Source: Candidatus Heimdallarchaeota archaeon
GTDB lineage: Archaea > Asgardarchaeota > Heimdallarchaeia > Heimdallarchaeales > Heimdallarchaeaceae
Direction: 5' to 3'
Assembly (NCBI GenBank): GCA_021399345.1
Contig: JAAFKI010000112.1
Span: 155,557-219,556 of the forward strand
DNA length: 64,000 nucleotides
This document shows positions 19,798-30,889 of this stretch, piece after piece. Every line of letters begins with the position of its first letter. Within the stretch, counting starts at the first letter, position 1. The notes beneath the pieces were generated by a model that did no database searches, was not told where the DNA came from, and worked only from the letters and a program-made list of their open reading frames with translations. Position numbers and translations under genes: made by a program.

Positions 19798-20517
19798 TTA
19801 GAGCTTCTTAGTAAGCTTTTCTACTTTTTCCTTTATCTCTTGAATTCTACTCCGAGAGCCTGCTAGTTGATAATTTTGCAAGGCTTCAGCATAATATTTC
19901 AACGCCATCTCTGGTTTTTCATCTTCTACAAAAAGGGCATTGTAGAACGCAAGATGAGCTTTTATAATTGGTTCCTCAGATCCTCTTTCTTCAATTAACT
20001 CTACTGCCTTTTTAAGATATAATTTTCTACCAGAAATATGCTTTTCTGCTGCAGCTCTAGATATGTATGATTTAGCTTTACAATCCATCTCATCGGCTTT
20101 GTTATCAAGTCTCTGATAGGAGATAGCAGCTTGTTCAAAATATGAGGCGGCATCTACAAACCTTCTTTCTTTCATCTGTTGTATCGCCATAACTCTAAGG
20201 ATTTTAGCTTGCTGTTCAAAAACTCTTTGATATTCAGTAATCATACCTAATCTTTGGTAGAAACCACCAGAACGACCTAGATAATTAGCTGCTTCTAATG
20301 CTTTGTTATATTTTATTGCACTCATTCCCAAGTATTCATTTTGTAGAGCTTTAGCCACGTCCATTTGCTTTCTATTATCTTCTTCTTTTAGAATTTCAAT
20401 TGCAGACTCTGCAAACTTAGCAGCTTCTTTGTAGTTCTTTTGCTGAGCTGCTAATCGTGCTTTTCCCAATTCTTCATTTGCTTTTTCTTTGGAAGATTTT
20501 CGAGTTCCTTTAAACAA
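19798..20517 (-). CDS. TPR/alpha-SNAP-like all-helical repeat protein
   Basis: Repeated helix pairs YKEAAKFAESA, LEAANYLGRSGGFY, VDAASYFEQAAISY, MALKYYAEALQNY; TTG start with GAGGTG SD. Confidence 0.7.
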   Translation of the reverse strand: MFKGTRKSSKEKANEELGKARLAAQQKNYKEAAKFAESAIEILKEEDNRKQMDVAKALQNEYLGMSAIKYNKALEAANYLGRSGGFYQRLGMITEYQRVFEQQAKILRVMAIQQMKERRFVDAASYFEQAAISYQRLDNKADEMDCKAKSYISRAAAEKHISGRKLYLKKAVELIEERGSEEPIIKAHLAFYNALFVEDEKPEMALKYYAEALQNYQLAGSRSRIQEIKEKVEKLTKKL

Positions 20518-20603
20518 TAAAGAACACCTCTCTTAGAAAGTTTTCAAGCTAGATTAAAATTATAACGTTTTTAAATTACTGTTGGTGACAATCGACAGCT
20601 GTT

Positions 20604-21362
20604 TTATCTAAAAAGACGTCGTTCATCGTTAAATTGAAGCTCTTCAACACCAGAAACTGGAGATCTGAACTGTATTCCTCTTATAATAACAACAGGAATC
20701 ATCTCTCCTGCTTGTCCCATCACAAGTTCTGCAGCTGAACAAACTTCATCAGCAAAAGCTACTATTGTTGATGTAAGTTCATACCCAAAAATATCTTTTC
20801 TTCCTCTTGAATCATCAATTACTGGAAAATTGTAAGAACCAATAGCCACATTGATAGCTCCACGTCTTAGTGCCCTTCCGTGTGTATCAGATACAATTAT
20901 AGACACATCTTTCTTCAGAAAATTATTTAGGGTTTTGTTTATTGCCATTGCTGATTTGTTGGAATCATCGGGAAGAGTAACTGCACAATTAGGGCGGGCA
21001 TTTGATTGATCAACAGCAGAATTCGCACAAATCCAATTATGTTTTGTTTTAGTAATAATAATGTTATTTTTCACTTTAAGAATCTTCGACGCTTCACTAA
21101 CAATTAACTGGACTAGAGCAGGATCCTTACCAGTTTTTCTTGCAATGTATTCTGCAAAAGGAGAAGAGGAAAGTTTCGGTAAGTAATATTCATTACCTTC
21201 TGCTCTTGAGATGATAGTATGAGCAATTACAAAAACATCACCTTCGTTTATGTCCAGTTTTTCTTTTTGGAGAGAACTTATAATTAGAGCACCTATATTA
21301 TCGTCTTTAGCTACAATTGGTAGTTTTAATGGTATTAATTCTACTCTTGTTATTGCTCTCAC
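20604..21362 (-). CDS. cofE: Coenzyme F420-0:L-glutamate ligase
   Basis: IISRAEG, ICANSAVDQSN, VSDTHGRALRRG, ADEVCSAAELVMGQAGE.IPVVIIRG. Confidence 0.93.
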   Translation of the reverse strand: MRAITRVELIPLKLPIVAKDDNIGALIISSLQKEKLDINEGDVFVIAHTIISRAEGNEYYLPKLSSSPFAEYIARKTGKDPALVQLIVSEASKILKVKNNIIITKTKHNWICANSAVDQSNARPNCAVTLPDDSNKSAMAINKTLNNFLKKDVSIIVSDTHGRALRRGAINVAIGSYNFPVIDDSRGRKDIFGYELTSTIVAFADEVCSAAELVMGQAGEMIPVVIIRGIQFRSPVSGVEELQFNDERRLFR

Positions 21363-21388
21363 CTATTGAAATAAGAGTAAGTGAAGGA

Positions 21389-22447
21389 TTAATTAGTTTC
21401 GATAGGAGGTAAAGGTTTAGCTGTTTTCTTTTTAATTGATGACAATTTAAGGGCCGCAGCTAGAACTTCAGACCACTTATCTTGTTCTATTTTTTCAACA
21501 TCTAGAACATTTTCCTTAAGAGCTAAATCAAACAACTCTTTTCCTGCTTGAGTACGAATAATGATTATATTACTATCATCATCAACACCCACATTCCCAA
21601 TAGATATGTCTGCGAATTCAGCAGAAAAATCTTTACAATATTTACATCCTTCAGCTTTTGCATCAGCACATTCTTTGATTTTTATGTCAGTTGTTCCATC
21701 TGAACCCACAAAGAAAAATTTACCTCTAGCACAATCTGTTTTACTAAGTTCATCTGCACTCAAGCCAAGATTTTGAGTTATAATATTTCTGAAATTCCTT
21801 GGATCATAACTGCTCATGCAAAAGAGACCAATTTTGTATTTTACTCTATGATCGGCACCTAAATTCTTCATGTTGATAGCATTTGTTAATGTATCAATAT
21901 GGCATGGTAATCCTACAACAGCTACTGAGTTTTTCTGACTAAGCTTTATTGAAGTTAATTTTGTTAAAGCAGGATTTAATGTATACTTTGAGCGTGCAGA
22001 TTTTTTAATATCGAGCTCATTAAGTGCCAAAACTGGAACGGGGCCTAACAGATCAGCAATATGCCCTGTAACTAACGCACTATCGATATCTCCCTTGCTC
22101 ATAGCGTTCAAGAGCAAAGTTGTTACTATACCACCGTTTTGAGCTTTTTCTCTGACATCCTCGAAGACGGAATGTCCTTTGTAAAGTTCTATTATCTCCC
22201 CCAAACTTGTTTCATCATATTTAGGTTGTTCTTTTCGTTGTTTATATCGCAGACATACATCCACACAAGCACCACACGAAATACAACCTCCAACTAATTT
22301 TGGTATAAGCTGTTCAATTGAGATTACATACACAGGACATACAGCTTCACAGCCACCACATGACACGCAATAACCTGGTTTGATTACTTCCCTATTCAAC
22401 ATAGCAAAATTGGGTCTTCTTTTCTTCTTTGGCTTTGATTCACTCAT
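21389..22447 (-). CDS. FrhB/FpoF-family F420-binding oxidoreductase subunit with N-terminal 2x[4Fe-4S]
   Basis: CVSCGGCEAVCP, CISCGACVDVC, AQNGGIVT, SKY, VGLPCH, IGLFC, GCKYCKDFSAEFADISIG. Confidence 0.9.
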   Translation of the reverse strand: MSESKPKKKRRPNFAMLNREVIKPGYCVSCGGCEAVCPVYVISIEQLIPKLVGGCISCGACVDVCLRYKQRKEQPKYDETSLGEIIELYKGHSVFEDVREKAQNGGIVTTLLLNAMSKGDIDSALVTGHIADLLGPVPVLALNELDIKKSARSKYTLNPALTKLTSIKLSQKNSVAVVGLPCHIDTLTNAINMKNLGADHRVKYKIGLFCMSSYDPRNFRNIITQNLGLSADELSKTDCARGKFFFVGSDGTTDIKIKECADAKAEGCKYCKDFSAEFADISIGNVGVDDDSNIIIIRTQAGKELFDLALKENVLDVEKIEQDKWSEVLAAALKLSSIKKKTAKPLPPIETN

Positions 22448-22530
22448 TTTCAGTCAATACCAAATTAGCGAATAAAAAAGCTAACGGTAGGGCATTGTCA
22501 AAATAATCAAGGAAAGAATGAAGAAATATA

Positions 22531-23691
22531 CTAGAGTTCTTCAATCTCTTCTAGAATGTATCTTGCGCTTCCAGTTTGTTGACTCTGAATTTCTAATTCT
22601 CTTTCGGAAACAATTTCTCTTTCGATTCTGTCTAAAGCAACAGCAAATGCTCCAAAAATACCATAACCATCAGAACGAGAAACATAGGTCTTTCCTTTAT
22701 TTGTAGAAATTCTCACTCTCACTTGATGAAGAATAGAACCACGAAACTTTCTTTTAGGAATTGCCTTTGCATGGATATACATTTGACCAGAAGTACCTAT
22801 TATGTCTGAATATTTCTTTACTATTTCAATTCCCATTTCAATAACATCTTCCATGTCTGAATCCTCAACATCTCCAAGAACTCTTAAATAGTAACCTTCA
22901 GTTTCTGGGGGCATTGAAACAGTTTCAAGTAAGTCGGTAGTTGTGATTATTCCAACAGGATGATTTTTCCCATCAACAACTATCAATGCTTTATGATCTG
23001 CTTTTTCAAGCTTAACTATAGCTTCTATTAAGAAGTCATTTTCAGTGCAAGTTGCAACTTCTTGAGTCATCAACTCCTCAACAGTTACTGAGAGTACATC
23101 TAGCTGTCCTGCTTTTCTGTAACCTCGTTTTTGTTTTAGAGAATCCGATAGAATTAAATCAGTGGTATCGTGTGGGCTCATTATACCCACAAGCTCATTC
23201 GATTCATTAACAACTGGTGTTCTAGAGATGTTGTTAGTTCTGCAAATGGCAATAAACTTAGCAACTGAAGTGTTTACGGTAACTACAATAGGGTTTTGAG
23301 TCATAACCTCAATCACCCTTTTGCTGCCAAAAATATCTTCTGAAGCTCTTAGCAAATCAATATCACGAATTACCCCAATAATATGACCATCATCCACTAC
23401 AGGAACGGAAAAAATCTTTTCGGATAAAAGCGCTCTTGCAATCGCATCAGGAGCAGAGTCTTTACTAACTGTAGGCACACGTTTAATTAAATTTGATACT
23501 ACTGTATCAGGTTGAACTTTTGATTGATGTGTAACATATCGTTTAGTTAGATAACCAAGAAACACGTCTTTTTCCTCAAAAACCAGTATTTCTCTTGTTT
23601 TCTCCTTAAACATAGATGCAACATTTGATAACGGTTCAGTACCATCAACTGAAACAAACTCTGTTATAATAGAAGAATCTTCGTCATTCAT
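22531..23691 (-). CDS. 4xCBS domain + C-terminal HPF/RaiA-like domain (archaeal ribosome hibernation factor, HibA/AHA type)
   Basis: Four CBS units; C-terminal beta-alpha-beta-beta-beta-alpha segment ending SDGYGIFGAFAVALDRIEREI; TTTATAAA 23 nt upstream suggests a leaderless mRNA. Confidence 0.8.
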   Translation of the reverse strand: MNDEDSSIITEFVSVDGTEPLSNVASMFKEKTREILVFEEKDVFLGYLTKRYVTHQSKVQPDTVVSNLIKRVPTVSKDSAPDAIARALLSEKIFSVPVVDDGHIIGVIRDIDLLRASEDIFGSKRVIEVMTQNPIVVTVNTSVAKFIAICRTNNISRTPVVNESNELVGIMSPHDTTDLILSDSLKQKRGYRKAGQLDVLSVTVEELMTQEVATCTENDFLIEAIVKLEKADHKALIVVDGKNHPVGIITTTDLLETVSMPPETEGYYLRVLGDVEDSDMEDVIEMGIEIVKKYSDIIGTSGQMYIHAKAIPKRKFRGSILHQVRVRISTNKGKTYVSRSDGYGIFGAFAVALDRIEREIVSERELEIQSQQTGSARYILEEIEEL

Positions 23692-23824
23692 GCTAGCAAA
23701 TCATCAACCAATGTTTATAAAAGATTTTGTCGTGTGGTCATATTAAACTGACAGTGAATAGCTTGGAAGGATAGTCAGGTGGAGAATATTACTGGGGCTT
23801 TTATAGGGAATTCCAAGAGAAAAA

Positions 23825-24052
23825 GTGATGACAAAAATACTAAGAGTAGAGTGTATAGAAGTAGAGTATAAGCAAGCTCTGAGCACACTTTGTCATCAAG
23901 TGAAAAATCTCTATAATCGAGCAAATTATCTGGTAAAACAAGCACTGAATAACAAGGAAGAGAAGAAACTACTACTATACTATGACCTCAACTCTTTGCT
24001 CAAGAACAAGGAATGCTATAAGGTCTCTATAAAAGACGTTCAACTATCTTGA
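23825..24052 (+). pseudogene. tnpB: Truncated IS200/IS605 TnpB (OrfB) N-terminal fragment
   Basis: LCHQVKNLYNRANYLVKQ...YYDLNSLLKNKECYK is the typical TnpB N-terminus; it stops after about 65 aa with no RuvC or zinc finger. Confidence 0.75.
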
Positions 24053-24106
24053 CTACTATGGCAAGATGACAAAAACTCATCATAGTTTTATGGAGAATTC
24101 AATAAA

Positions 24107-24694
24107 TTAAAGTGAATATTCTTTTCTGAATTTTAGCATATTATCGCCATATTGATGAGATAACCTACTTGCATGATGAAATAGCTTGTCTACATTGAAG
24201 CCAGAAAGAGCAGAAGACTCCACATAATCAAACTTATGTAATTTAGTATAATCTAACATTACTTCTTTCTCAATAGATCTAGCTTCATTTAAGTCAAATT
24301 TATTTCCACAAACTACAATAGGTATATCTGGACATTTCGAGACAACTTCATTTACCCAGATTTCTATCTCATCAGAAGAGCTTTGATTGGTGATATCATA
24401 GACAATAACGGCACAAGTGGCACCGGCGTAGTATTTTGGACGGAGATAAGTAAACATCTCTTGTCCACCTGTATCCCATAAACTAAGTCTGATTTTCAAT
24501 GGTTCAGTATATATTTCCTTAGTTAAATTTTCATTAAGTTGTTCTGGAGTTAAGGTTATAGTTTTTGTTAGCCAGCTAACTCCCAAAGTAGGGATATAAC
24601 TGTGAATAAATGTGTTTAAAGTAAATCTTCTAGCCAATGATGTTTTTCCAACAAAAGCAGAACCAACGCAGATAATTTTTTGTAACTGATTCAT
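24107..24694 (-). CDS. Rab/Ras-like small GTPase
   Basis: G1 GSAFVGKTS, switch I YIPTLGV, G3 WDTGGQE, RPKYYAGA, YDIT, G4 NKFD, G5 ESSAL; no CAAX. Confidence 0.93.
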   Translation of the reverse strand: MNQLQKIICVGSAFVGKTSLARRFTLNTFIHSYIPTLGVSWLTKTITLTPEQLNENLTKEIYTEPLKIRLSLWDTGGQEMFTYLRPKYYAGATCAVIVYDITNQSSSDEIEIWVNEVVSKCPDIPIVVCGNKFDLNEARSIEKEVMLDYTKLHKFDYVESSALSGFNVDKLFHHASRLSHQYGDNMLKFRKEYSL

Positions 24695-24698
24695 TTTC

Positions 24699-25550
24699 TT
24701 ACCTCCATACTAAATTTAAAACATCTTGTAGAACCCCCAATCCCATCATTCTATCCCATTCTACTCTTATCGTTGAAGGGGATTTTGATGCTACAATCTG
24801 TCGTAATTCTTTAATTCCTATCTTCTCTTCAACAAAATCCATTATTTTCTTTAATAGAACTAAAAATTCTTCTTTTATTTCTATAGCTGTTCCTCTTTGA
24901 ATATCTATGTCACAGAAACTGAAACCTTCGTCCTCTTTCAAAGAAAATTTTTCTTTTATTAAGTAGGTATTCTTATTAAGAAAATCGCTTATATCTTCTT
25001 TTATTTCTTGCATAGAAACTGTTGTAATCTTCGATTCATTTTCAACAAGAAATAGTCTAATTCCTAACCAGATTGAATTCAAAATGTTCTCAAAAACTTC
25101 AATCATGTTCCTCTTATCAATATCTTCTATGTGTAAATCAAGTACATTCCACAGCATAAATGAATGTGATAATGATTCAGAGATTTCTCTTCTCTTTATT
25201 CCTTCAAGTTCATGTAAAAACTCACTGGCGCTTTTCTCATCTTTTATTTCGAAAGCGTTTAAGAATAATTTCATAAAGAAGAACAGTTGCGATGAAATCA
25301 TTTCAGTGGAATAATTTGGAGGACTAAGGAGAATAAATAAGAAAGAATATTTACACATGAAAATTACTTTGGATTTGGCAAATTGGAGTACTTGTAATTC
25401 CTCTAATAGTGGTTGTTCTTTAGAACTCATATAAAAATCTAATAATGTTTTAACAATAGAATCAACTTCTGTTTCGTCTGCTTTGACAGAAAGAGGTCTA
25501 CAGAATAAGATTTCCATCTCTTCTTTGTTAATAATATAGAAGCCCATCAA
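24699..25550 (-). CDS. Longin-like domain protein with helical C-terminal domain
   Basis: N-terminus GFYIINKE.MEILFCR, then a helix, three strands and a helix (longin topology); 4 nt from the Rab gene with a GGAGGT SD. Confidence 0.55.
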   Translation of the reverse strand: MMGFYIINKEEMEILFCRPLSVKADETEVDSIVKTLLDFYMSSKEQPLLEELQVLQFAKSKVIFMCKYSFLFILLSPPNYSTEMISSQLFFFMKLFLNAFEIKDEKSASEFLHELEGIKRREISESLSHSFMLWNVLDLHIEDIDKRNMIEVFENILNSIWLGIRLFLVENESKITTVSMQEIKEDISDFLNKNTYLIKEKFSLKEDEGFSFCDIDIQRGTAIEIKEEFLVLLKKIMDFVEEKIGIKELRQIVASKSPSTIRVEWDRMMGLGVLQDVLNLVWR

Positions 25551-25620
25551 TTTACGAACAACCCTTCAATATTCAACATTGTATATTTATACTTAAAAAT
25601 TTGTTTAATATCATAGCTAG

Positions 25621-25668
25621 TCAAAGAAAAGAAAATATAATTAAAAAGAAATAAAAAAGAAGAATCTT
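25621..25668 (-). terminator. Oligo-T terminator downstream of cdc48
   Basis: Long A-rich run on the + strand (T-tracts on -) immediately after the cdc48 stop. Confidence 0.5.
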
Positions 25669-27882
<2,214 letters not shown>

Positions 27883-28039
27883 TTAAACTATTTTTTGATT
27901 AAATTGTAACTATATAATGGTTTGTTTTCTTCCTAGTTAGCATTAAAATATAGCTAATTAACTATATATAACCATAGAATCTTTTAATGAAACAAAACAT
28001 CAAGCAAAAATAGATAAAGGGGAGGTTTGATGGCTAAAA

Positions 28040-28963
28040 CTAGATTCTGAATGTTAGTTTTAATGCCCCTTCTTTACATGCATCAATACACTCACCACAA
28101 TTGATGCACATCTTATTCGTAATATCTTTATCATACGTCAGAATAGGGACTTGAATTGGACATGCTTTTTCGCAACTATCACAACCACTTGTACATCTGT
28201 TCTTGTTTATTCGCAGACCAAATATACTAAATCGACTGAAAAGTCCTAGAAGTACACCTGTTGGACATAGCCATCTACAATAAGCTCTTGGATATACTGT
28301 GATTAATCCAATCACAATGATGAAAATAATTATACGTAAGAAGAATAAGAATTTCCATTGACCTATTTCTGCTCCAAAAGAAGCATTTTGCATCCCCCAA
28401 TATAGGTAATAATACAAAGTTGCAAAAAGTGTTGAGGAAGGGTCAATGGTGCTAAAAGGCATATCCTTACCCGCACCAAATGTTGTCTTCACACCGCTAT
28501 TATTGAATGTGATACCAATTATGAAAGACATTATTAAGATAAAAACAAGAATTGTTGTGCCAATTTTAGTTAAATTCTTGTTAGTTGGACGGGATACACG
28601 CTTTTTCTTAATAGGAATCAGTCTAAATAAATCTTGAAAGAAACCAAATGGACAAACCCACCCACAGGTAGTTTTTCCAAAAATTGATCCAAATAGCAAG
28701 AATACAGAAAGTGCTAGATATGGAAATACCCATGCTGTAAGAAGGTATTGTAGAGCTTCAAAGGCATTCCAAACTGTGGAGAAAGGACCACCAGTTGGAA
28801 AAGATATCGGAAGGAGTATTGGAAGTCTTCCTATTCCAAAGATTAAACCATTAAGAAGTCCAAACATTATAATTTGTACAATTGTCCTAATAACCCTAAT
28901 TTTATGATCTTGAATAGGCCTAAATATAGTCGAAAGTATAGGTTTTATTTGCTTTGTAGCCAT
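28040..28963 (-). CDS. Membrane 4Fe-4S protein (NapH/MauN/YccM family)
   Basis: TMs; CGWVCPFG; RAYCRWLCPTG; two C-terminal ferredoxin motifs. Confidence 0.9.
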   Translation of the reverse strand: MATKQIKPILSTIFRPIQDHKIRVIRTIVQIIMFGLLNGLIFGIGRLPILLPISFPTGGPFSTVWNAFEALQYLLTAWVFPYLALSVFLLFGSIFGKTTCGWVCPFGFFQDLFRLIPIKKKRVSRPTNKNLTKIGTTILVFILIMSFIIGITFNNSGVKTTFGAGKDMPFSTIDPSSTLFATLYYYLYWGMQNASFGAEIGQWKFLFFLRIIIFIIVIGLITVYPRAYCRWLCPTGVLLGLFSRFSIFGLRINKNRCTSGCDSCEKACPIQVPILTYDKDITNKMCINCGECIDACKEGALKLTFRI

Positions 28964-28978
28964 TTCTAATCACTTATC

Positions 28979-29161
28979 CTATCCTGTTATTGGATTTGGA
29001 AAACCAGTTACATATGTACTCAAGAAATCTCTCATTACAAAGTCAGTAAATGAGCTGATTGCTTCGTACCTCAAAATTTGACCTTGAACTATAGCAATAA
29101 TAAGGAAAATAATTCCTATAGCCAAAAAGAATATCAGGTATATCCTATTTCTTGCATTCAT
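28979..29161 (-). CDS. Small single-TM protein upstream of the 4Fe-4S membrane protein
   Basis: 60-aa ORF with one TM, 15 nt before the 4Fe-4S gene; AT-rich TATA-like element about 25 nt upstream. Confidence 0.55.
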   Translation of the reverse strand: MNARNRIYLIFFLAIGIIFLIIAIVQGQILRYEAISSFTDFVMRDFLSTYVTGFPNPITG

Positions 29162-29323
29162 GATGACTGAAGACGTTCAAAAATTACACCTATTAAAAAT
29201 TTTGCTTTGCGTGAAGTCTTTGTTTAAAATTACAAAATAACTTCCCTAATGATAAAAGGAATACTGCGAACAGTTTTTTTCTCAATCACAAGGCATTTAA
29301 ACAGATACATAAAAAGATATAAC

Positions 29324-29590
29324 ATGAACAAAAAGGACACGTGGAAGGTTACACCACTTAAATCGTGTATTTTAGCAATCCTCGAAAAAAGAGGAGGGGT
29401 AATTTTAGAAAACGATTTAGAAAATTCATTAAAAGATATGTATGGAGACTTTTCAAATAGTGAACTCAATAAAGCTTTAATGACACTAGAAAATCAAGGC
29501 TTGGTCCATGTTGGTTGGATATCAAAAACTAAACGTAGAATTCAAGCAATGACCAAAGACATGCACTTTTTAGCTGTTGGAGAAGACTAA
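29324..29590 (+). CDS. Small winged-helix protein conserved in archaea
   Basis: Probable start MNKKDTWKVTPL at 29324 (TTTAAA at 29296-29301); ELNKALMTLENQGLVHV wHTH pattern. Confidence 0.75.
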   Translation: MNKKDTWKVTPLKSCILAILEKRGGVILENDLENSLKDMYGDFSNSELNKALMTLENQGLVHVGWISKTKRRIQAMTKDMHFLAVGED

Positions 29591-29615
29591 AATAACAAAA
29601 AATAATATGAAAATT

Positions 29616-30881
29616 TCATATTGTTTCGTTCAATTGTTTTGTGAAAATAGTTAAATATCTATTAATGATATTGTGTTTTCGTCCTATTTGTAAAGGAAGA
29701 GAAACACGGAAAAATTTACTTGATTCTTGATTGACTAAAGAACACTGAATAGCTATTTTTTCTATATCAGGATGTACTTCAAGTTTATCTGAGTAGTGAT
29801 ACACTGGAAGTATGAATATAATTTTCCCAGTATCCTTTAGTAGATTGGAACCTTCTCTCAGCACTCTTATGTATAACTTTTCGAGAGTTTTCATAGTTTC
29901 TCTAGCTTCATCAATTGAAGGTAATTGCTTCAAGAAAGGTCCAAGATATGGTTCGGTGACAATGGCATCAAGACTTTTCTCTTTCAGAATTTTCCCCAAA
30001 TCTCTAGAATCTTGACTATAAACTATCCATTTGTCCTTCATTTTTGCTCTCGCAGGGTATTGAAGACTGAAAGCATTGAGATTATCCTTAGAAGCTCTGA
30101 AGCATTTAGGGTCTTTATCCATCCCTATTGTCTGCATTTTTCGTTTAAGTGCTTCAATAAGTATAGTACCTGTTCCACAGAAGGGATCTAGTAATAACCC
30201 ATCATTGGAAACCTCAGAGAGAAAGACAAGCGTTCGAGCTAGTTTAATTGATGTTCCATGAGTAAAAAGTCTTGTTTGACGCCTTTCATCTTGTTTAATA
30301 TCTAGTAAAGGATTAGTAACCCATTTTGTTATACCAAAGATAAGTTTGGACTTTACGTTAAAGCTTATTACCTCCAATCCTCTCTTAGGAAAATTCTCCT
30401 TGTAAAACTGAAAAGGTGTTATCTCTGAATAGGTTTTTTTCATTCCAATAATTTTTGTTTGAATCTTCACTTCTTTTGAATAGTTTTTGATGGTTGTTCT
30501 GATGTAATTGATAATCCTGTTACGTAACTCTATATTTTTTGCTTGAACATCCAAAGCAATTTTTAATAAATTATTTTTTTCAGATGAAAATTTTTCTATG
30601 TTCATAACTAAGTGATCTTTTAGTTTCAGTTTCCAGATGTCTTCCTTATCAATACTCACTTCTGAATTCAGGTATCCTGCTTTTATTATGCTCCCTGTAT
30701 AGTCGAGAATTTTAAAGAATTTAGTAAAAGTATTTCTGTTTAGTTTTATTAAAATATAATCCATCCATTCAGTGAAAGCAACATCTTTTACACCTAATTT
30801 CTTTAACAAAACAGATAATTCCAATTTTGCTAAATCCTTGTTCGAACCAAGTTTAACAAAAATTGTGTATTTAGAAGACAT
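29616..30881 (-). CDS. Trm11/TrmG10-like THUMP RNA methyltransferase
   Basis: LLDPFCGTGTILIEA (SAM motif I); IVTEPYLG; N-terminal LAKLEL. Confidence 0.8.
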   Translation of the reverse strand: MSSKYTIFVKLGSNKDLAKLELSVLLKKLGVKDVAFTEWMDYILIKLNRNTFTKFFKILDYTGSIIKAGYLNSEVSIDKEDIWKLKLKDHLVMNIEKFSSEKNNLLKIALDVQAKNIELRNRIINYIRTTIKNYSKEVKIQTKIIGMKKTYSEITPFQFYKENFPKRGLEVISFNVKSKLIFGITKWVTNPLLDIKQDERRQTRLFTHGTSIKLARTLVFLSEVSNDGLLLDPFCGTGTILIEALKRKMQTIGMDKDPKCFRASKDNLNAFSLQYPARAKMKDKWIVYSQDSRDLGKILKEKSLDAIVTEPYLGPFLKQLPSIDEARETMKTLEKLYIRVLREGSNLLKDTGKIIFILPVYHYSDKLEVHPDIEKIAIQCSLVNQESSKFFRVSLPLQIGRKHNIINRYLTIFTKQLNETI

Positions 30882-30889
30882 TTAAATCA

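Noticed and set aside
24050-24100. TGA readthrough (selenocysteine) after the TnpB fragment or at other TGA stops
   Set aside because: The downstream frame closes within a few codons, there is no Cys-equivalent context, and no SECIS-like hairpin was seen.
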